From Clostridia bacterium (GTDB lineage Bacteria > Bacillota > Clostridia > Oscillospirales > CAG-272), in the NCBI GenBank assembly GCA_017935195.1, contig JAGBIB010000065.1, positions 1-45,163 of the forward strand: 45,163 nucleotides of DNA, given 5' to 3'. Below the pieces are notes generated by a model. The model ran no database searches, was not told the origin of the DNA, and saw only the letters and a program-made list of their open reading frames with translations. Shown here one piece after another: positions 17,401-24,851 of this stretch (position 1 is its first letter; every line of letters begins with the position of its first letter). Made by a program: the position numbers and the translations under genes.

Positions 17401-18210
17401 TCAAAAGGTAAATCCCTCAAAGATCACCCCGTGCCCCCGTTCAAAAGCGGTCTTTGCGGCGGTCTTATCCTTCACCGTCCAGAAAAAGAGGGGGACGCCC
17501 GCCATTTTGGCAATCCGCAGGGGCAGGCTTTTTTCGTCCTCCAGACGGTAGGCAATGAAATCGGGGCGGGTAAAAAGATTCAGGATCATCAGATAAAGGG
17601 GGATGCGCAAATAAAGGGGCTGTCCCTTCATTTTCATAAAATTGCAGGAAAGCTGTCCTCTTGCCATCTGCGGTGCCTGCTTTTTGAGCGCCAGCAGGAT
17701 GCGGGGATCAAAGGACTCCAGAATATAGTCGCCCTCGTACCCCTCCAGCACCTTCACCGTGGCGGCGACGAGGGCGTCGGCATTGCTCCCGTCGTGCTTG
17801 AGCTCTATCAGCAGAGGCACTCTGCCCTTCACCACCTCCAGCACAAGGGGCAGGGTGGGCAGTGGCTCGCCGTTTGAAAGGGGATGGCGCATCAGCTCCG
17901 CAAGAGGACACGCACACACCTTCAAGTCCACCCCGCAGGTACGGGCAAGGCTGTCGTCGTGCATCACCGCAAGCTGACCGTCAAGGGTCAGATGCAGGTC
18001 AAACTCGATGCCGTAGCCCTCGTTTACCGCCCTTTTGATGGCGGCAAGGGAGTTTTCGGGTGTTTTTTCATCGTGAAGCCCTCTGTGGGCAAAGGGGACG
18101 CCCTGCAGCTTTTTTACAAGCGGATGCTTTTTTCTAAAGCAGGCGGGGGCAAAAAGGACGGTCAACGAGGCAAGCGTCGCCAATAAAAGAAGGACGATGA
18201 CCCACTCCAT
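17401..18210 (-). CDS. Membrane-anchored glycerophosphodiester phosphodiesterase (GDPD)
   Basis: N-terminal TM helix. FAHRGL, PENSL, IEFDLHLT and AVMHD give a complete GDPD catalytic set. The ATG lies 1 nt after the MFS stop. Confidence 0.85.
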   Translation of the reverse strand: MEWVIVLLLLATLASLTVLFAPACFRKKHPLVKKLQGVPFAHRGLHDEKTPENSLAAIKRAVNEGYGIEFDLHLTLDGQLAVMHDDSLARTCGVDLKVCACPLAELMRHPLSNGEPLPTLPLVLEVVKGRVPLLIELKHDGSNADALVAATVKVLEGYEGDYILESFDPRILLALKKQAPQMARGQLSCNFMKMKGQPLYLRIPLYLMILNLFTRPDFIAYRLEDEKSLPLRIAKMAGVPLFFWTVKDKTAAKTAFERGHGVIFEGFTF

Positions 18211-18211
18211 C

Positions 18212-19732
18212 TCAGTCTCCCACGTCCATCTGCTCTAAAACCGACTGCTTCCTTCCGGGCTTGCTATCGCCGTGCTTGACGAAGAGCATGGTGAGGAAGG
18301 ACAGCGCCACGAAGAGCGCCGAATAGGGGAAGAGGGTGCGCATATCAAGATCCATCAGCGCCCCCGAAAAGACGGGCGTGACCGTCTGCGCCGCCATGGA
18401 GGCGGTATAGTAATAGCCGGTGTATTTGCCCACGCTTCCGCCCTTGGCAAGCTCCACCACCATGGGGAAGGAGTTGACGTTGATCATCCCCCACCCAAGA
18501 CCTGCCACGATGAAGCAGGCAATGGGCAAAAAGGCGGGGGTCTGCTTGCCCACAAATGCCATCACCGCCATAGCACTACCCAGCATCGCCACGCCGATGA
18601 GGATGGAGCGCTTGCGCCCGATACGGGTGGCGATCATGCCGGCAGGCAGGAAGGAGGCAAGGCCCGCAATCTGCGCCACCAACATGGCAGAGTTGAAGTC
18701 CATATTCAAAACGGGGGCGGCATAGACCGAGAATTTGGTGGTCACCGCATTAAAGCCCATATACCAAAGGGCAACCGAGGCAAGAAGAAGGATGAGCGAC
18801 CGCTTTTCGCCCTTACTGAGCCTTCTGTCGCCCTCCTCGCTTTCCTCCGTTCCCTCAAAAAGACGGTCCTGCGCCTCTGCCTCCCTTGCCCAACGGGGTT
18901 CCTTCACGGTAAAAAGGAAGATGAGCAGTGCGGCAAGCATCACGCCTGCCAGCGCGGCAAAGTATCCGCCGTAGGGCGAAAGGGCGTTTTCCGCCTTGCC
19001 CGTGCCGAAAAGCATTCCGATGCCAATGAGCGACACCGTGCCGCAGGCACCCATCAGGTTGATGACGGCGTTGCCCTTGGAGCGCAGGGGCTTGGGGGTC
19101 ACGTCGGGCATCAACGCCACGGCAGGCGAGCGGAACAATCCCATGGCGAGCAGGACGAAAAAGAGGGTGAGGACGAAAAAGATCAGCGGAGCGGGACTGC
19201 GCCTTGACTGCGCCGCCGCATACGCCCCTCTTGCCGATACCACGTAGGTGGTATAGTCCTCACTTTCGGGATCGGTTAAGGAAAGGAAGTCTTCCTTCTC
19301 AATAAAGGAGGACAGCGCCCCTCTTTTCCCCTCCACTCTGATCTCGGGGTCTGCCTCGTAAAGGGTCTGCAGAGCGGTGGGATTTTGGGGATCTACCGCC
19401 GAAAGACGGTCGCTTTGCACCATATCCGAGCAGATAATACCCACGATGGCAAGGCAGGAAAGGAGGGTGCCGATGAGGATGAAGGGGGTGCGCTTGCCGC
19501 TTTTGTGCTTGCATTTGTCGGAAAGCGCCCCGAAAAAGGGAAGCAGGAAGAGGGCAAGGACGTTATCTAACGCCATTATGACGCCCGAAAGCCACTGCGC
19601 CATTCCGAATTTGTCGGTCAAAATCTTTGGAATGATGGTATCGTACGCCTGCCAGAACGCCATAATGAGGAAAAAGGCAAGTCCCACCAGGATCGTTCTT
19701 TTGGCATTCAGCTTCAAGGGTGTGTTGTTCAT
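18212..19732 (-). CDS. MFS transporter (GPH/SLC45-like) with a large hydrophilic loop
   Basis: About 12 TM helices. ATG 19732 (MNNTPLKLNAKR...) has RBS GAAAGGAA 7 nt upstream. The 19801 start in the ORF track runs through a terminator hairpin. Confidence 0.8.
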   Translation of the reverse strand: MNNTPLKLNAKRTILVGLAFFLIMAFWQAYDTIIPKILTDKFGMAQWLSGVIMALDNVLALFLLPFFGALSDKCKHKSGKRTPFILIGTLLSCLAIVGIICSDMVQSDRLSAVDPQNPTALQTLYEADPEIRVEGKRGALSSFIEKEDFLSLTDPESEDYTTYVVSARGAYAAAQSRRSPAPLIFFVLTLFFVLLAMGLFRSPAVALMPDVTPKPLRSKGNAVINLMGACGTVSLIGIGMLFGTGKAENALSPYGGYFAALAGVMLAALLIFLFTVKEPRWAREAEAQDRLFEGTEESEEGDRRLSKGEKRSLILLLASVALWYMGFNAVTTKFSVYAAPVLNMDFNSAMLVAQIAGLASFLPAGMIATRIGRKRSILIGVAMLGSAMAVMAFVGKQTPAFLPIACFIVAGLGWGMINVNSFPMVVELAKGGSVGKYTGYYYTASMAAQTVTPVFSGALMDLDMRTLFPYSALFVALSFLTMLFVKHGDSKPGRKQSVLEQMDVGD

Positions 19733-19744
19733 AAATATTCCTTT

Positions 19745-19785
19745 CAAAAAAGACGCCGCCTCGGGGCGTTTGCATCGGGGCGGCG
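19745..19785 (-). terminator. GC-rich hairpin plus T-run between the MATE and MFS genes (internal terminator or attenuator)
   Basis: Minus strand CGCCGCCCCG-loop-CGAGGCGGCG-TCTTTTTT, directly abutting the MFS RBS. Confidence 0.55.
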
Positions 19786-19797
19786 AAAAGGGTTTGG

Positions 19798-21393
19798 TCA
19801 ATTGGCGCTTGCCTGCACCTCTTCAAGGGGCAGATCAAGGGGCTTTAACAGCTTTTTGTAGGTACGCACGAAGAGGAAGATGCTGATGATCAGCGCAACG
19901 CCCTCTGCAATGGGATAGGCGGCAAAGATGGCAACCAACCCGAATGTCTTTGCAAAAACGAAGGACAGCGGCAGGATGACCACGATCTGACGGATAAGCG
20001 AAATGATCAGGCTGGGCATACCCAGACCCAGCGCCTGCAGGCTTGAAATGGTGATGATACATACCCCCGCAAAAAGGAAGCACAGGCTGATGATGCGCAT
20101 AGCGGGCTCACCGTATTTCAGCACCGCCTGAGTTTCTGTCAGGTGAAACTCTTCCTCCGCCTCGCCGTCAAGGGAGGGCAGCGCTTCCTCGGGAAGGCTT
20201 TCAAGAGCGCCCGCCTCGGGGGCTTCGTCCTCCTGATAGAAGACCTTCAAAAGGGTGCCCGACATGGTTTGGAAGACCGCAAGGCCGAGGAGCATATAGA
20301 TGACTGCCGCCATCACCGCAATCTTCAAGGTCTTCATGATCCTCTTTTTGGAGCGCATACCGTAGTTGTACGCCACGATGGGGATCATACCGTTGTTCAT
20401 CCCGAAAATGGGCATAAAGACAAAGGACTGCAGACGGAAATACACACCGTAAATGGACACACCCACCAGACGGTCTGCGGCAAGCTTTGCCGCCGTGGCA
20501 GGGGACATCCCTTCCTTGATATAGGTCACCTGTTCGCCGATGGTGAGGATCTTGTTGATCGCCATGGTCAAGAAGGAACCCACCGCCGCCATAAAGATGG
20601 AAGGAAGTCCAACGGTGTAAATGCTCTTGATCACCTGAAAATCGGGCTTGAAGCCCTTAAAGGACAGGCTGATCTCCTTGTTATACTTCAGATTCAAGAA
20701 CAAGCCCACCCCTGCGGCGGTAAACTGTCCGATCACCGTGGCAAGAGCCGCACCAAGGGTTCCCATACCAAGACCGAAGGGCAGAGTGATGCCAAACAGC
20801 TCGTCGCCTGCGCTGAGGATGAAGATGGGGTCCAAAATGATGTTCACAATGGCGCCAAGACCCTGGGTGTACATCGAAAGCTTTGCCTTGCCCGTTGCCT
20901 GCAGAAGCCGCTCGAAGGTCACCTGAAAAAAGACGCCTGCGCAAGCCACCATCACCACGAACAGATAGTCTACGCCCAGATCATAGGTCAGCGTGCCCGG
21001 CTCTGCGTCGGTGAGATAGGTGAAATACGCCTTGGTGCCCACCACGCCCAAAAGCATAAAGAGGACGGTGGTGATGGCAATGACGAACAGACCGTTGGTC
21101 GCCGCCTTGTTTGCCTTGTCGGGACGCTTTTCGCCAAGAGCTCTTGAAAGATAACTATTGATGCCCACGCCCGTGCCGGTGGCAAAGGCGATAAGCAGGT
21201 TCTGGATGGGGAAGGCAAGGGAGAGAGCGGTCACACCCGCACTGTCAAAGCTTGCCACCACCAGACTGTCGTAAATATTATAAAATGCCTGCACCATCAT
21301 GGAGATGACCATGGGGAAAGCCATGGTAAAGAGCAGCTTGCCCTCGGGCATGGTGCCCATGATGTTTTCCCTTGTCTTTTGCGCTTTTTCCAT
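19798..21393 (-). CDS. MATE-family efflux transporter
   Basis: 12-TM MATE pattern (LLFTMAFPMVISMMVQ...). The predicted promoter puts the TSS at about 21446, which argues against the 21444 ATG and for ATG 21393 (AGAGGGA about 10 nt upstream). There is a 36-aa acidic insert near the C-terminal third. Confidence 0.85.
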   Translation of the reverse strand: MEKAQKTRENIMGTMPEGKLLFTMAFPMVISMMVQAFYNIYDSLVVASFDSAGVTALSLAFPIQNLLIAFATGTGVGINSYLSRALGEKRPDKANKAATNGLFVIAITTVLFMLLGVVGTKAYFTYLTDAEPGTLTYDLGVDYLFVVMVACAGVFFQVTFERLLQATGKAKLSMYTQGLGAIVNIILDPIFILSAGDELFGITLPFGLGMGTLGAALATVIGQFTAAGVGLFLNLKYNKEISLSFKGFKPDFQVIKSIYTVGLPSIFMAAVGSFLTMAINKILTIGEQVTYIKEGMSPATAAKLAADRLVGVSIYGVYFRLQSFVFMPIFGMNNGMIPIVAYNYGMRSKKRIMKTLKIAVMAAVIYMLLGLAVFQTMSGTLLKVFYQEDEAPEAGALESLPEEALPSLDGEAEEEFHLTETQAVLKYGEPAMRIISLCFLFAGVCIITISSLQALGLGMPSLIISLIRQIVVILPLSFVFAKTFGLVAIFAAYPIAEGVALIISIFLFVRTYKKLLKPLDLPLEEVQASAN

Positions 21394-21452
21394 TTTTAAA
21401 CAATCCCTCTTCACAAAGAGGCTCCTCTCCTCATCTTTTTCCATACCGTATT

Positions 21453-21481
21453 ATCATAACAGATTTTTCTCTCTTTTTCAA
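21453..21481 (-). promoter_or_regulatory. sigmaA-type promoter of the MATE gene
   Basis: Minus strand TTGAAA (21476..21481)-N17-TATGAT (21453..21458). Confidence 0.5.
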
Positions 21482-21503
21482 GGGTCTGACCAAAAAAAGC
21501 AAG

Positions 21504-21518
21504 GGATTTTCTTACAGA
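21504..21518. repeat. Left copy of the flanking direct repeat (putative target-site duplication)
   Basis: GGATTTTCTTACAGA. It is 14/15 identical to 23001..23015. Confidence 0.7.
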
Positions 21519-23000
21519 GTAAATTCTCAAAGTAAATGCAACAGTGCAATTTAGAAGTTGCATTTAGTGTGAGAAGGATTTTGTGGTACAATTTAGTCTG
21601 AGAAATGGAGGTCTCAGACAATGAAAAACAACGAAAAGAAAAACAAGCATATGACCCTCGATGACAGAATCGAGATTCAAGAGTGCCTAAGCAAAGGGAT
21701 GACCTTTAAGGCGATTGGAGAACGGATAGGCAAAAGCCAAACAACGATTTCCAGAGAAGTGAAAATTCATATGGGACCATACACAAATTCGTTTGTGAGA
21801 ACAGACGAAGTATGTCCCAAACTTTTGAAAGCACCGTTTGTTTGTAATGGTTGCGAGAAGAAAAGCCGCAGTAGTTGTCCGTATAGACGGCAACTATATA
21901 CTGCAAAGAAAGCGCAAGCTGAATACGACACAGTGCTGGTAGAATCTCGTACAGGAATACCGCTGAACAAAGAGAGCTTCTACGAAACAGAACGTATTAT
22001 CTCAGAAGCAGTTCAAAACGGACAACATATCTACCACATCATTCAATCCAATAATCTGCCCATATCAACTGCCACAGTATATCGCCATATCCAAAAGAGA
22101 TATTACTCAATTACTCCAATGGATCTTCCAAGAGCTGTGAAATTCAAGCCTAGAAACTCTAAAGAAAGTGATTATGTGCCCAAGTGGGCTCGCGAAGGTC
22201 GTACATTTGACGATTTCCTTGCTTTTGTGGAAGATAACCGTGATATTCCTCTTGTACAACTGGATACCGTGATTGGAAAGATCGGGGGCAAGGTCATTAT
22301 GACGATTCACTTTGTGAACAGTGATTTTATGATCGGGTTGTTGCTTGAAAACAAAACGGCTGCTGAAGCCGCAAGTAAAATCCAAGGCTTAAAAGCAGAG
22401 TTAAATACTTTAGGCTTTCGCTTCGGAGATATTGCACCGCTTTTACTCACCGACAACGGCGGCGAATTCAGTATTGTTTCTGCTTTTGAAAACGATACCG
22501 AAGGTAACGCTGAATCGAATATGTTCTTCTGCGAGCCGTGCTCGCCTCATGAAAAGGCTGAGATTGAGAAGAACCACACTCTTTTCCGAGATGTTGTAAA
22601 AACCGGAACTTCGTTTGACGATTTCTCTCAAGAAACGGTCAACTTGATCTTCTCCCACGTTAACGCAGTAAAAAGAAAACAATTTAACGGGAAAAGCGCA
22701 TATGATATGTTTTCTTTTTACTACTCAGAGCTTTTAGCATCTGCCTTGGGGATTTCCTTCGTTCCGGCAAATGAAGTTATTCAATCTCCTAAATTGTTAG
22801 CGAAATTCTTCTCATAGTAAACGCAACCATAGTTGCATTTAGTCTGAGAAATTGACCTCTCAGGCTTTTTTGCCATGCTCTTTTTTATCTTTTTCGCTTT
22901 CTTTAGTCGCTTTTTCTTATATTTCTCATACTTATTGCAACCAATTTCTCATAGTAAATGCAAGGGCTTTGCTACTGTTGCATTTACTTTGAGAATTTAC
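21519..23000 (+). mobile_element. Intact IS30-family insertion sequence (1,482 bp)
   Basis: Perfect 27-bp terminal inverted repeats: GTAAATTCTCAAAGTAAATGCAACAGT (21519..21545) and its reverse complement (22974..23000). It carries a single transposase ORF and is visibly AT-richer than the flanks. Confidence 0.9.
21621..22817 (+). CDS. IS30-family DDE transposase
   Basis: 398 aa. N-terminal HTH (LDDRIEIQECLSKGMTFKAIGERIGKSQTTISREV). DDE blocks QLDTVIG, LLLTDNGGEF and PHEKAEIEKNHTLFR. Confidence 0.9.
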   Translation: MKNNEKKNKHMTLDDRIEIQECLSKGMTFKAIGERIGKSQTTISREVKIHMGPYTNSFVRTDEVCPKLLKAPFVCNGCEKKSRSSCPYRRQLYTAKKAQAEYDTVLVESRTGIPLNKESFYETERIISEAVQNGQHIYHIIQSNNLPISTATVYRHIQKRYYSITPMDLPRAVKFKPRNSKESDYVPKWAREGRTFDDFLAFVEDNRDIPLVQLDTVIGKIGGKVIMTIHFVNSDFMIGLLLENKTAAEAASKIQGLKAELNTLGFRFGDIAPLLLTDNGGEFSIVSAFENDTEGNAESNMFFCEPCSPHEKAEIEKNHTLFRDVVKTGTSFDDFSQETVNLIFSHVNAVKRKQFNGKSAYDMFSFYYSELLASALGISFVPANEVIQSPKLLAKFFS

Positions 23001-23015
23001 GGATTTTCTTACAGT
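23001..23015. repeat. Right copy of the flanking direct repeat (putative target-site duplication)
   Basis: GGATTTTCTTACAGT, immediately after the right IR. Confidence 0.7.
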
Positions 23016-23169
23016 ACGATTCAAAACAACTCCAAAGAAAAAGACGTTCCGAATGCGGGGCATTCAAAGAACATCTTTCTTCAAATTCTTCAAATTTCTT
23101 TAAATATTTCCGGTTCCTTAACGCTTTCCGAGCACAAGACTCTTCTGCGTTTTCAGCCCATCTGTCCGA

Positions 23170-23583
23170 TCAGGACTTTTTGGCCTTGGCTCTCATGTAT
23201 TCCCGCCAATCCAAATCCCCTCTGTCAAGGGCCATCACCAGCACCTCTGCTGTGGCGATATTGGTGGCAACGGGAATGTTATACAGATCGCACACCCGCA
23301 AAAGCTCGATATTATGGGTATCCTCCAGCGATTTGGGGGCAGTATCTCTGAAATAGAGCAACAGATCGATCTCATCGTAGCATACTCTGGAAGCGACCTG
23401 CTCCATGCCGCCAAGACTGCCTGCCAAAAGGCTCTCTGTCTTCAGACCCGTGGCCTCCGCAATATATTTCGCCGTCTTTCCCGTGGCGCACAAACGGTGC
23501 TTGGACAAAATGCCGCAGTATGCAATACAAAATTCCACCATCAGCTCTTTTTTCTTGTCGTCAGCGATCAGTGCGATCTCCAT
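23170..23583 (-). CDS. MGS-like domain protein: a methylglyoxal-synthase homolog lacking the canonical catalytic residues
   Basis: 137 aa, apparently collinear without gaps with MgsA (alignment from memory). AHD becomes ADD, ATGTTG becomes ATGKTA, GPxGGDxQ becomes GSLGGMEQ, and PHxPD becomes LEDTH. RBS AGAAAGGA. Confidence 0.75.
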   Translation of the reverse strand: MEIALIADDKKKELMVEFCIAYCGILSKHRLCATGKTAKYIAEATGLKTESLLAGSLGGMEQVASRVCYDEIDLLLYFRDTAPKSLEDTHNIELLRVCDLYNIPVATNIATAEVLVMALDRGDLDWREYMRAKAKKS

Positions 23584-23631
23584 GGTTGCCCATCCTTTCT
23601 TGCCTTTTCATGCCTCTGATCCCTTTGAGGA

Positions 23632-24396
23632 TCAAAGACCTCTTCTCCATTTCTTTCCGTCCTTCATCCCCTCAAAAAGCAGAGGATGCTCGCCAAGCAC
23701 TCTTGAAGCGATATTATCAAAGGGTCGCTCCTTCTCCTCATCATATGCCGCCGCTCTGCCCTCCTCAAGCCGCCTTGAAAGAGGCGGCGCTGCCGGCACA
23801 ATGCCCACAAGCGGCCGTCCCACCAAATCGATCATCTCATAAGGGCGCAAGCTTCCCTCTTCCCGCGGCTCCCAAACCGCCATGCCGTTTAACAGCAAAA
23901 GAGCCTCCTTTTCCGAAGACAGCTCAGCGGACACCCTTTGTGCACCCAAAAGAGCGGTGGGCTCGGTTGTGGAAAGGATCAAATGAAGATCTGAGATCTT
24001 TTCAAAGTATCCCCTTTCAGCGGCCGAGGACGGGGTATCCAAGATGATCAAATCGGGAGCACAGCAGGAAATCATCCGAAAAAGCGCTTCCCTGAGCATC
24101 TCTTCCTCAGGTAACGCTCCCAATGCACCGCAAGGACAAAGATAAAGTCCCTGCTCTTCGTTCAAAGGAAAGAGGACCTTTTCTGCCTCCTTTCCCGAAA
24201 GCAGATCGGAGAGCCCGAACAGAATGCGATCCTCCACTCCAAAAAGCAGATCAAGAGTGTGGATCCGGGGATCGAGGTCCACCAAAAGCACCCTTTTTCC
24301 CTTTCTTGCAAGGGCTGTTGCAAGAAAGCAGGAAACAAACGATCGCCCCACGCCTCCCTTGGGAGAGCAGACAGCGATCACACCGTTTTTCTCCAT
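23632..24396 (-). CDS. MinD/ParA-family P-loop protein with an Arg replacing the Walker-A lysine
   Basis: 254 aa, MinD-like along the full length (LVDLDPRIHTLDLLFGVEDRI, DLIILDTPSS, STTEPTAL, GIVP). The P-loop reads SPKGGVGRS instead of GKGGVGK[ST]. The start is taken at MEKNGVIAV, and a promoter lies upstream. Confidence 0.8.
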   Translation of the reverse strand: MEKNGVIAVCSPKGGVGRSFVSCFLATALARKGKRVLLVDLDPRIHTLDLLFGVEDRILFGLSDLLSGKEAEKVLFPLNEEQGLYLCPCGALGALPEEEMLREALFRMISCCAPDLIILDTPSSAAERGYFEKISDLHLILSTTEPTALLGAQRVSAELSSEKEALLLLNGMAVWEPREEGSLRPYEMIDLVGRPLVGIVPAAPPLSRRLEEGRAAAYDEEKERPFDNIASRVLGEHPLLFEGMKDGKKWRRGL

Positions 24397-24468
24397 GTTC
24401 CGTTCCTTTCCCCACTCCGAAGAGTGCACCGTCCGCCCCAAGCAAAATTCGAAGGGCGTTACCGATTT

Positions 24469-24497
24469 ATGATACCAAATTTGCTGCCGTTTGTCAA
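24469..24497 (-). promoter_or_regulatory. sigmaA-type promoter of the MinD-like/MGS-like operon
   Basis: Minus strand TTGACA (24492..24497)-N17-TATCAT (24469..24474). Confidence 0.55.
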
Positions 24498-24765
24498 GGC
24501 CTTTTCGTCTAAGGAGGCCTCGCATCCCTCCTCTTTTGCCAAAAAACAGACCTGTTTTGCCGTCAAAGCGAAGATATTTCCTCGAAAAACAAACCAAACA
24601 AAAGATCAAAGACGCTTCAATGGCGGCTCTTTTTGTCACATTAAACAAAAAGAAAGGATAAAAATTGTGTACTTTTCACAAAAATTCAGGTAGTTTTTTC
24701 TGCTTTTTTCCTCCCATCTTCGCCAAAAATCCCCGGGAAAAAAGCAAGAACACCCGCTCTGCCTA

Positions 24766-24794
24766 TTGACATTTTTTCAAAAACATTGTATACT
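24766..24794 (+). promoter_or_regulatory. sigmaA-type promoter of the tandem zincin lipoprotein genes
   Basis: TTGACA (24766..24771)-N17-TATACT (24789..24794), followed by the 5'-UTR hairpin GGAGCGCA-TCTCCC-TGCGCTCC. Confidence 0.6.
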
Positions 24795-24851
24795 CAAAGA
24801 AGAAGGAGCGCATCTCCCTGCGCTCCCCTACCACAGAAAGGAATCACTGCC

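Noticed and set aside
22875-23356. Plus-strand ORFs of 158 aa and 132 aa spanning the IS30 right end and the 3' flank of the MGS-like gene.
   Set aside because: They cross the IS terminal repeat and target duplication and overlap the MGS-like CDS in antisense. They have no RBS and a low-complexity sequence.
23170-23583. Calling this gene mgsA (methylglyoxal synthase).
   Set aside because: The fold-level similarity is clear, but all signature and catalytic positions I can recall (His19, Asp71, His98, Asp101 and the TGTTG phosphate loop, E. coli numbering) are substituted. I therefore report it as MGS-like and not as the enzyme.
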